Notes: generated from the letters alone by a model not told the origin. Numbered from the stretch's first letter, positions 8,755 through 21,641 are shown. The stretch is DNA of 56,758 nucleotides from a virus (IMGVR_UViG_3300009079_000001:1-56758); one strand, 5' to 3'. A program made the numbers and translations.

Positions 8755-8964
8755 CTATACTATACCTACAAAATCTTCAGGTTCTACAAAGCGTTTGTTA
8801 TAGCTAATTGCTTTGCGATTATGATTGTTGCGTTGTTTCTTTGACAACACCCTGTCACTGTTTTCTTTACAGTCAGTCAGGAATTTATCCAGTTTACTTT
8901 TGTTAAAACGTCTTACTTGTACATTTTCAAGTTTGGTTTGCAAATCTTCATAGTCCATAGACAT
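8755..8964 (-). CDS. Hypothetical protein
   Basis: AAGGG RBS, first gene after the repeat region. Confidence 0.65.
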   Translation of the reverse strand: MSMDYEDLQTKLENVQVRRFNKSKLDKFLTDCKENSDRVLSKKQRNNHNRKAISYNKRFVEPEDFVGIV

Positions 8965-8991
8965 ATGTTTACCCTTATAAAATAGTAATTA

Positions 8992-9136
8992 AAAAGCAAT
9001 AGTTTAGTGTCTTTTGCTTAATAGACATGTTGTATAAAAGCTATATCTAGACAACAGGACTATAGCGTTTTTCAGCTACAGCAGTTGAATTACTTGTAAA
9101 AGCAATAGTTTAGTGTCTTTTGCTCAATAGACATGT
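8992..9136 (-). repeat. Two 39-bp direct repeats (8992-9030, 9098-9136), each a predicted H-type pseudoknot
   Basis: 38/39 identical, 67-bp spacer; minus strand TGTCT/AGACA and RAGCAA/TTGCTT stems. Confidence 0.8.
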
Positions 9137-9202
9137 ACTCAATTTATTTAGGCTAGCTGAGTGAATAAAGAACTTGCCTAAGGTTCACCAACACATATAA
9201 GT

Positions 9203-9243
9203 AAAAAGCATGAAGAGTGTGTTGTTTCAAGTCTCTTCATGCT
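9203..9243 (-). terminator. Hairpin with T tract, probable terminator or processing stem
   Basis: AGCATGAAGAG...CTCTTCATGCT-TTTT just after the stop of 9262-9528. Confidence 0.6.
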
Positions 9244-9261
9244 AGTTTGTAGCTTAGTATC

Positions 9262-9528
9262 TTAGCAATACTTAGCTACATCTTCTTCAGTCATTTCTGT
9301 GTAAGCAAGACTAATGAAAGGTTGATCGTTGGCAGACTTCTTAGTCCAACCGCTGATCCAATACCACTTACCACCAACCATAGCCTTACCACGGCTATTA
9401 GGGTGACTATCTTTCATACGCTTCTCATTCTTGAAGAGTGCGCCACTGTTATTCTGGTCGTACTTAACAGTTTCTTCTGCACCAACCAGATCTTCTGCAA
9501 CTACTTCCTGCTTATTTACTTGAGTCAT
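9262..9528 (-). CDS. Small putative ssDNA-binding protein (DUF736-like)
   Basis: NSGALFKN...HP...G...VGG..YWISGW.K....FISL pattern; AAAGGA RBS. Confidence 0.6.
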   Translation of the reverse strand: MTQVNKQEVVAEDLVGAEETVKYDQNNSGALFKNEKRMKDSHPNSRGKAMVGGKWYWISGWTKKSANDQPFISLAYTEMTEEDVAKYC

Positions 9529-9600
9529 CTTTATATCCTTTCAATTACAATTGTCGGCACTATTGCCATTTACTTCATTTTACAAGGCTCTAGGCTCTTG

Positions 9601-9647
9601 TTCAAAAAGAGCTAAAGCCAAGGAAGAAACACGGAGCCGAAGCCCGC
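9601..9647 (-). promoter_or_regulatory. Repeated motif copy B, candidate phage RNAP promoter
   Basis: Closely matches 7889-7938; intergenic, about 70 bp upstream of 9528 start. Confidence 0.55.
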
Positions 9648-9653
9648 AATACC

Positions 9654-9857
9654 TTATTTACAAATCCTTGCATACTTACGGAGATAACCATCTATCTCTT
9701 CTGTTGCAATGAGATTATATGTACGAGATTTACCATTAAGAACAAAGGTATGTTTCTCAATGTCACCTGCACACATATTATCCCAAATCTCTTCCATGAT
9801 GTTATCAACTTCTTCATTGCTTGTAACTTCATGCACTGTAGCTTCCATTAACAACAC
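9654..9857 (-). CDS. Hypothetical protein
   Basis: GAGGTG RBS-like site; ATG at 9848 is an alternative start. Confidence 0.6.
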   Translation of the reverse strand: MLLMEATVHEVTSNEEVDNIMEEIWDNMCAGDIEKHTFVLNGKSRTYNLIATEEIDGYLRKYARICK

Positions 9858-9972
9858 CTCAATATATGATAACCTATATGATAACTTACAGAACTAGTAT
9901 ATGCAGTAATAGCTACAACATATATACCAAAGCAAGATGTTGCTCTGCTCTTGCTCTGTGCTTTTGATCTGT

Positions 9973-10017
9973 TTCAAATAGAGCTAATGTATTTGATGTA
10001 GTAAGAACTTGAAGCCC
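9973..10017 (-). promoter_or_regulatory. Repeated motif copy C (degenerate)
   Basis: TTCAAATAGAGCTAA and GAAGCCC at the same 30-bp offset as copy B. Confidence 0.45.
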
Positions 10018-10105
10018 TCACACATATAATTTATACATCAGCAGGATTATCTACGTTCGACCGGTATAATTTATTGCATATACTCCAGAGCAATACATAG
10101 GTAGC

Positions 10106-10585
10106 ATAGTCTGTAAGCCCCATGATTCAAGGGCTGCCATAAGACTATAGCAATATTGTATCCAATAAATTAGAAGGGCTATGATTCAAGGGCTGAAGAA
10201 GAAAGAAAAAGATTAGCAGCCCTTGTATTAATTAAAGATAAGAAAAAAGAGAGAAGCGTGGTGTGTCCGTCTACCACACTTTTCTGTATTAATTGCGAGC
10301 ACAGATTCCAAGTGTTAACAGACTTGATTCGTCTGCCAAGAGTCTAGAACATCTTGTTGGTCTACTGTAGCTTACAGAACATGACGCTCTTGATCTTGAT
10401 TTTAAGCTCTTGATCTTTTTCAGAAAGAGCTAAACTTGAAGTCTGCACGGAGTCCTTATGTTGGACTAATACCTAGCGATAGCTCACAGACTTCTAGCTT
10501 CTTTGATTCTTGATTCAACTATATATACTAATTAAATAATATATATAGGTGAATCAAGGCTGTACAAGCCCTTGATTCGTCTGCT
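10106..10585. other. Non-coding repeat/hairpin-rich region, candidate replication origin; includes motif copy D (10419-10434)
   Basis: ATGATTCAAGGGCTG x2, inverted AGCCCTTG x2, AT-rich hairpin 10510-10558, branched hairpin 10438-10494. Confidence 0.45.
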
Positions 10586-10587
10586 GC

Positions 10588-12585
10588 TTATTCGAAGAAA
10601 TATGCTCCTTCTATCTCTAACATTGATTCATTGAATACATTCTCCACAATATTCAGCTTGTCATAATCAAATCCTACTTGATCACACAAATGCTTCAATG
10701 GATTGTTATCAATGAATATAGTCTTGTAAGCTCGCTTGATACATCCTTGTAACAAGTGAACACTAGCAGCATCACAACGGAAGCAATCATGAATACTTAC
10801 AAAGCCCTTGATTCCAGCTTTCTTAGCTTCAACTGCCACAGTTCTTGCTATCAAAGCATCTAAGCCTTGAATGAAGTTGACTAGGAACGATGTTGCAAAC
10901 CTCTCAACATCATACTCATTAGTCTTTATGGTAATGCCTGTGTTATCTATCTTACTACCAAACTCAAGTATCTTTTGTGCATCATACCTGATCTCAGTAT
11001 AATCACGAGTTATCTCCTCCATACGATAACTAGCATGATCTACAACAGTACCATCAATATGTGTATAGATGATATGTGTCACATCATTACTCAAACACAT
11101 CTCCTCAATGTGTTCTGCAAAGGCTTGTTGGAAGTTGGTTATCTTAGCTCCTAATACTTTCTTAACAGCATTGATAACAAGGTCAGCACGTTGATCATCA
11201 TCTAGATCAGGATGCAGACTCAACAGCTTACTCATTAACACCTTACATCCTTTAACAGCAGGACGACCACCACTATACATGATAGCCATGTAAGCCTTCT
11301 TAATATCTTCCCTGAGAATACGATGATCTAACTTCTCAACTGTCAGGTGATATGGATCAGGTATCCTTGTGCTGCTAAAACCACAGGCTTGCAGTAATCC
11401 TAACTCATGGAACAAGATAGCATATATCTGTGTACCAGATGACTTAGCATCATCACCTATTGATATACGGCAGTCTACACTACCTTTAACAATGATCTGA
11501 GCTATATCAATACACAGTCTCACATACATGAATGGTGATTTAACTTTACAGTCATCACCCTCATTCAGATATTGTGCAAGTGCCTGAGAAGGCTTGATAG
11601 CTACGTTACGGATATAACGCTCATCAAGATACTTGTCATCACTAACACAATCTGCTAACTCTACAAGCAACTTCTTATGAGCATATGATCCAGCATGTAC
11701 AATGCTTACATTCTGTGAAGAATATAAAGCACGATTCATATCATCACCTTGTGGGTTAACACCGTATGTAGCTCTGAAGTACATACGTCCACGGTCATCC
11801 ATATCATACTCACTATAGTATGAACTTGATGGATGTAGAGATTGTGCTCCTTTCAATGTTGCAAATGCTGACAACCAAAGCTCATGTTTATATGTTAGCT
11901 TCTTAGTTGCAAGTACCACATTCATCATATGCTCATTAGTAGAGTATTCTGAACTCTGGAGATAATCACATGCTTCAACAGCTAAGATACTTGCAGCAAC
12001 CAAGTTCTTCTTGAAGTAGTGAACACGACGATCAGCAGGATCACTTGATGTAAGTGGGCTGAACTTCATTCCCTTCATTATCAAGCTCTTGAACTTAGTG
12101 CTAGGGATGAAGCCATAATCCTCATCCTCTTGCAAGAAGCCACAAGTAGCAAGATACTCCCTTACTGGTTGAGATGCTATCTCTGTCTCCCTCCAGTTAA
12201 ACTTATCACGATTCTTCTTAATGAAGTAATCAAGATACTCGAAGTACTCAGCCTCAAGATGATGTAGTTCATCAGCTTCTTTGCAGTTATATATTGTGGC
12301 AAATACTGCCAAGGCCATTATCTGCCTCTCCACAATATTGAACACAAAGAACTCCTCTCTCCTCATAATACTCACGAAGATGCTAGGTACAGTAGATTGA
12401 ATCATGAACTCATAGTTCTTCTCTACTGTTGTCTCCTCGAAGTGTATGGTACGAAGATCATCAACTTCGATCTTGTTGATCTTGTTGACTTTGTTAGCTG
12501 CTTTCGCAGACGCCAGTGTTAATGCTTTCATAGGTGTTGCTCCTTTAGTTACAGTTGAAGTTACAGTGTTGAATACATTATTCAT
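10588..12585 (-). CDS. Single-subunit DNA-directed RNA polymerase 1 (early position)
   Basis: DDRGRMY, GVNPQG, motif A DAKSSGTQ, motif B REDIKKAYMAIMYS, NFIQGLDA, motif C SIHDCF. Confidence 0.93.
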   Translation of the reverse strand: MNNVFNTVTSTVTKGATPMKALTLASAKAANKVNKINKIEVDDLRTIHFEETTVEKNYEFMIQSTVPSIFVSIMRREEFFVFNIVERQIMALAVFATIYNCKEADELHHLEAEYFEYLDYFIKKNRDKFNWRETEIASQPVREYLATCGFLQEDEDYGFIPSTKFKSLIMKGMKFSPLTSSDPADRRVHYFKKNLVAASILAVEACDYLQSSEYSTNEHMMNVVLATKKLTYKHELWLSAFATLKGAQSLHPSSSYYSEYDMDDRGRMYFRATYGVNPQGDDMNRALYSSQNVSIVHAGSYAHKKLLVELADCVSDDKYLDERYIRNVAIKPSQALAQYLNEGDDCKVKSPFMYVRLCIDIAQIIVKGSVDCRISIGDDAKSSGTQIYAILFHELGLLQACGFSSTRIPDPYHLTVEKLDHRILREDIKKAYMAIMYSGGRPAVKGCKVLMSKLLSLHPDLDDDQRADLVINAVKKVLGAKITNFQQAFAEHIEEMCLSNDVTHIIYTHIDGTVVDHASYRMEEITRDYTEIRYDAQKILEFGSKIDNTGITIKTNEYDVERFATSFLVNFIQGLDALIARTVAVEAKKAGIKGFVSIHDCFRCDAASVHLLQGCIKRAYKTIFIDNNPLKHLCDQVGFDYDKLNIVENVFNESMLEIEGAYFFE

Positions 12586-12609
12586 GGTTATTCTCCAGTT
12601 ACAGTTATG

Positions 12610-13296
12610 TTAGAAAGGTAAAACTTCACGGTTATCTTCAATCCAATTGTAGAGTTCAACATCCAACTCCTTATCTTCCATCTCCCTCCTGAAGCTATGT
12701 TCCCAGACTCTGATCTGATCAGCTATACCATCATCTTCAGCCCAAGGTGCTCCAAGCTCATAGTGAATGCCACCACAAGCATGATCCTCAGCTTGCGTTA
12801 GATACCATTGCTCATCGATATACTGATTCATGTCATCAATGATATTAAGTATTGCCAAGCGTTCCTTGGTATTCTCAATACCAAATTCCCTACGCAGACA
12901 ATCTTCTGTCAAGATAGACCACATGTAGTTAAGTGTTAAGTTATTCATAGTTTGATCCTTAAGGTATACTGTAAGATGAACATCATTCTCAACTTGTTTG
13001 ATCTTCCAATCTATTACACTACTCACACACTTCAACCTCTCAATAAACTGACACTCTATGTAAGGGCGAACACTACTAACAGCAGTGCCATAAATAGCCC
13101 ATAACTCCATCTTACCATCAATGCTACCAATCTTCTTGATATCCAACAGTTCTTCTCCTAGTATGATGCAAGTGCTATTCTTCAGGGTGTTGTCAGCTTT
13201 AGCTTGAATGTTGCTCAGTTTGCGAATGAACATGGTTGTTGCTCCTTTAGTAGTTACAGTAGTGTTGGTAGTACAGGCATTAGTTACAATAGTCAT
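12610..13296 (-). CDS. Hypothetical early protein (second start at 13233)
   Basis: 228-aa ORF coupled via TAATG; internal AAAGGAG RBS before Met22. Confidence 0.8.
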   Translation of the reverse strand: MTIVTNACTTNTTVTTKGATTMFIRKLSNIQAKADNTLKNSTCIILGEELLDIKKIGSIDGKMELWAIYGTAVSSVRPYIECQFIERLKCVSSVIDWKIKQVENDVHLTVYLKDQTMNNLTLNYMWSILTEDCLRREFGIENTKERLAILNIIDDMNQYIDEQWYLTQAEDHACGGIHYELGAPWAEDDGIADQIRVWEHSFRREMEDKELDVELYNWIEDNREVLPF

Positions 13297-13457
13297 TACT
13301 TCATATCCTTTTCATTACATACATTAGCAACATACGTGTTATGTGCATGAGCATCATAACACACAATAACATCATTATCATTACCACTAATAACGAGCAT
13401 TGCAAATAGCGTCACGGCTATTATGAGTGTGAGTAAGACATACATTATCTTAGTCAT
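13296..13457 (-). CDS. Small membrane-anchored protein (53 aa, MTKIMYVLLTLIIAVTLFAMLVI...)
   Basis: Hand-translated; TAATG overlaps at both ends. Confidence 0.65.
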   Translation of the reverse strand: MTKIMYVLLTLIIAVTLFAMLVISGNDNDVIVCYDAHAHNTYVANVCNEKDMK

Positions 13458-13546
13458 TACTTAGTCACCTTACGTAGAGTGTTAATAACAACAACACTAA
13501 TTGGATAAGACGCAACAACACACATAGCCAAGATTGCAATAGTCAT
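13457..13546 (-). CDS. Small hydrophobic peptide (29 aa), probable first gene of the genome
   Basis: Hand-translated; TAAGGAG RBS; TAATG coupling to next ORF. Confidence 0.65.
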   Translation of the reverse strand: MTIAILAMCVVASYPISVVVINTLRKVTK

Positions 13547-13643
13547 ATGTTTCTCCTTAAGTACAACACGTATACATTGTGTATACATACATTGTACAAA
13601 ACCTGAGTATATAGCAAAAGAGTCTTAAGAGACTCCTTATACC

Positions 13644-13821
13644 AGACACCCATAGTCGGACACACACTGTATTTTATTTTTTATTTAAAACACACATACT
13701 GTATTTTTATTTTTATTTAGGACACACACACCGTATTTATAAAAAATTTTACAAACGCTAAAGGACACACGTGGCTTCAGCCACTACTACACACTACACA
13801 CACGGGATTTTAAAATTTTTT
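13644..13821. repeat. Degenerate tandem repeats GGACACAC(AC)-YGTATTT plus A/T tracts
   Basis: About 5 units at 31-43 bp spacing in the gap between late and early regions. Confidence 0.75.
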
Positions 13822-13956
13822 GCGACTGCGGAAAAAAGACATTGTATCAAGGGCTAAAAAAAAATTTTTTATAACACAGACTATCTACTATATGTAATAC
13901 TATATAATTATATTGGTCGATCTTAACTTTGGAAAAGATTATGCAATAACACTGTA

Positions 13957-14017
13957 GGAGGGAGCTAAAAAATATATTCTGAGCGTAAGCGAAAGAATAT
14001 ATTCTTTAGGTCACTCC
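13957..14017. other. Long imperfect hairpin with GAGCGTAAGCGAA apex
   Basis: GGAG..CTAAA.AATATATTCT / AGAATATATT.TTTAG..CTCC arms. Confidence 0.65.
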
Positions 14018-14083
14018 GTAACAAATATAGATTATAAACAAAAGAAAGAAGAAGAAGAGCTTTCTTTTTATAATATTGAAATG

Positions 14084-14113
14084 GGAAAAGCTCCTTTTGG
14101 AGGGAGCTTTTCC
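14084..14113. terminator. Strong hairpin, likely late-transcript terminator
   Basis: GGAAAAGCTCC...GGAGCTTTTCC downstream of the last late gene. Confidence 0.55.
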
Positions 14114-14241
14114 TTATTTCATAAGTTACAATATTGTTAAAATACTATAATAGTATTGTTCACTTTTTTATTTAAAAGCTTTTTTAAGGCTCTTTTTCAC
14201 TCATTTTTCCCAAAAATAGTTAATATTTAGCTAAATATTCC

Positions 14242-14499
14242 TTACTTTTGAGCGGCTTTTTGCAGTAAAACTTCCAGTGCGCGAGAGGTAACTTCTGCAG
14301 AATTCTGGCTTGCAATCAAAGCATCATCAGCAGTTTGTTGTGCTACAGCAATTTTCTGATCTTGTACAGCTTGTTGTGCAGCAACTTTGTCACGATAAGA
14401 AACAAATTCACCTTGAACCTTTTCTACGTCACCGTTAGTTGCACAGCCAGCCAAAACCATAGTTGCTACCAGAGCCATTGCAGTCATAAATACTTTCAT
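14242..14499 (-). CDS. OprI/Lpp-like alanine-zipper outer-membrane lipoprotein
   Basis: Lipobox LAGC, Ala/Gln coiled coil (AQQTADDA), C-terminus RALEVLLQKAAQK ending in Lys. Confidence 0.75.
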   Translation of the reverse strand: MKVFMTAMALVATMVLAGCATNGDVEKVQGEFVSYRDKVAAQQAVQDQKIAVAQQTADDALIASQNSAEVTSRALEVLLQKAAQK

Positions 14500-14569
14500 T
14501 TGTATCTCTTTATATAATATTACTGGTCGAATGTAGATAAGCTCGACCAGTATAGTTAACTATTCCCAA

Positions 14570-15208
14570 TTAAAGGAACAGTGCAATCAGCCCGACTGGA
14601 AGAATTTCCAAGAAGAACGAGCCAATGTTTTTGGGATAATAGTGGAAGTCAGCACTCTCGCTGGCTTTAGCCACATACTTATCCATCATTTCTTTATGCA
14701 TAGCTGCTTGGTTAGTATCTCCCATTTCAGTATACATAACCCAATACTTTTGGTGTACTTCAGCCATTTTCAAGTTCTGACACATAGCAGACTCAAATAC
14801 AGTAGAACCACCTGCACTAACAGTAGAACCAGAAGCACCCTCTTGACAAGACTGAGGGAACACTCCAGCAGCAGATGAAGCAGCTACATCTTTGTTATTA
14901 GCTGCGTCTACAAAAGTGTCAGTAGTAATATCAATAGAACTATTAGAAGAAGAACCAGAGCTAGAGCCGGAAGCTGCACTGGAACCTTCTGAGATAGCTT
15001 GTTGAATTTGCTGCTGCTTTTGTTGTTGCTCTTGTTGCTGTTGTTGTTGCTGCTGTTGTTCAGCAGTGCTTCTACTATTACCATTGTTGCCATTGTTGCC
15101 GTTATTACCGTTATTTAGTCCTGGAGGTATCTCAAATGGTGGTACAGCATAACTAACTGCTGAAACAGACATGAAGATACATACAACCAACATCTTTACA
15201 AGTTTCAT
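14570..15208 (-). CDS. Exported low-complexity protein with C-terminal membrane anchor
   Basis: Signal peptide, (NNG)n, poly-Gln, Ser-rich, Cys pair, hydrophobic C-terminus. Confidence 0.8.
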   Translation of the reverse strand: MKLVKMLVVCIFMSVSAVSYAVPPFEIPPGLNNGNNGNNGNNGNSRSTAEQQQQQQQQQEQQQKQQQIQQAISEGSSAASGSSSGSSSNSSIDITTDTFVDAANNKDVAASSAAGVFPQSCQEGASGSTVSAGGSTVFESAMCQNLKMAEVHQKYWVMYTEMGDTNQAAMHKEMMDKYVAKASESADFHYYPKNIGSFFLEILPVGLIALFL

Positions 15209-15267
15209 TTATTTATTCCTTCTAGAATTGGTTTCTCCAGTTTGCCACAGGAAGTGCTGTGGCTCAC

Positions 15268-15759
15268 TTAATGTTGTTCCACTTTAGGTTCAGGTGGCAA
15301 TTCAATTGGTTGAGATACTTCGGGAGAACCTGCTGGAAGCTGTCCTCCAAATTCTACCTCAAACCATGCTTTACCTAAATAATATGAAACAGCATTTTCA
15401 TCACCTGGAGGAACATAGTCTTCACCATATGTATCCATTAAATACATAGCCTTAGTAACTGGAGGTGTCTTAGGCCCAAATACTGTTAGCATTTGTTGGT
15501 AATAACCAGCAGCTGTTTTTGGCTCACCTGTAGATAGTTCTTCATCGCTATTAAACGGTGTAGCTCTAGTTGCAGCTTGCAGTTTAGCTCTGGTAAGAAC
15601 TTCAGGTCTAAATGGTTTAGATAGGGCTTTTAATTGAAAGTCGTGATTATCTAAGATTATCTCTTGTTCACTCCTCATTTCATCCATATTAATAAACCTC
15701 TTTATAATAAGTAAATATTCCATTAGGGTTAACTTGTTGAGAGAAGCCAAACTTAGCAA
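15268..15759 (-). CDS. Hypothetical protein, possibly tail fibre assembly (true start likely 15687)
   Basis: GAGG RBS before MDEMRSE; follows the tail fibre cluster. Confidence 0.65.
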   Translation of the reverse strand: MLSLASLNKLTLMEYLLIIKRFINMDEMRSEQEIILDNHDFQLKALSKPFRPEVLTRAKLQAATRATPFNSDEELSTGEPKTAAGYYQQMLTVFGPKTPPVTKAMYLMDTYGEDYVPPGDENAVSYYLGKAWFEVEFGGQLPAGSPEVSQPIELPPEPKVEQH

Positions 15760-16126
15760 ACACTCTTTGCCAACCTTTCCTAGTTGTATGGAACACTACT
15801 CTTTTAGCCTTAAACACCATACTGGCAACATCATTTATAGCTTCAAATGCAGCAGTTATTCCTGTTATATCATCAGGAGGTCTGATATAGCCATGCCATA
15901 TAACAAGCTCTTCCCCATTCATAAAACAAGTGAAGAAACCTTTAGCAACTAAGTCTCTGCCGCCCACAACAAACAACACCCTACCACTGCATATCAAGTC
16001 CATCATCTGGTTAAGGTTTTGTTTTTGACCACACCTATCAAGCCCTTCTTCTAGTAAGGACATTTGAGGGAAAATACCTTCTGCATCACTAATGATACTA
16101 AAATTGATTTTCCCTTTCATGGCCAA
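15689..16126 (-). CDS. GNAT-fold-like phage protein
   Basis: ...AKRVVFHTTRKGWQRV...GF pattern typical of virion-module acetyltransferase-like proteins. Confidence 0.55.
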   Translation of the reverse strand: MAMKGKINFSIISDAEGIFPQMSLLEEGLDRCGQKQNLNQMMDLICSGRVLFVVGGRDLVAKGFFTCFMNGEELVIWHGYIRPPDDITGITAAFEAINDVASMVFKAKRVVFHTTRKGWQRVFAKFGFSQQVNPNGIFTYYKEVY

Positions 16127-16600
16127 GTGAACCAGTGGAATGTACCATTAACTGTACCAAACACGTTTGTAGGCATATTGAAAAATGCAACAGTGTTTGG
16201 ATTACTTGCTGTCCAGCCCAGATTGGTTACATATAACTTTTCTATCATGTTATTGTCTGTAATACGAAGTGTCTTAGATGCAGGCGCTGATCCATATAAA
16301 TTAATATATCCACCAACTCCTGGCATATAACGTAACTGATCTATTTGCACTCCATTATAATCCCCCTCAAAATACCCCGCTACATTTCGATGTGTGCCCC
16401 ATGAGCCGCTTCCTTGATCCCAATTCTGACATTTAGTACCAGCCCATTTACCGTGGAAATTAGCTATTGATATCAAACTATCAGGGTCTGGTCTCTGGGC
16501 AAGCCCTCTCCATTGCGTATTATTGAAATTACAATTCAAAAAACTATAAGGCTGTGTATATCTAAGTTGATTTGCAATATCATCAAACCCTAACTCTCCG

Positions 16601-16617
<17 letters not shown>
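16117..16617 (-). CDS. Putative tail fibre tip adhesin / receptor-binding protein
   Basis: MALPSSG...ISIANFHGK N-terminal attachment-type motif; aromatic/Gly-rich; directly after long fibre. Confidence 0.55.
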
Positions 16618-21631
<5,014 letters not shown>

Positions 21632-21641
21632 AGTTATCTCC

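Noticed and set aside
8992-9136. Mini CRISPR array
   Set aside because: Only two repeats, 67-bp structured spacer, no cas genes; pseudoknot explains the repeat better.
10803-10814. AGCCCTTGATTC copy within RNAP1
   Set aside because: Encodes GIKG next to motif C; may be coincidental.
13591-13617. Sigma70 promoter TTGCTA...TACAAT for the first operon
   Set aside because: Spacer only 15 bp and no extended -10; not well supported.
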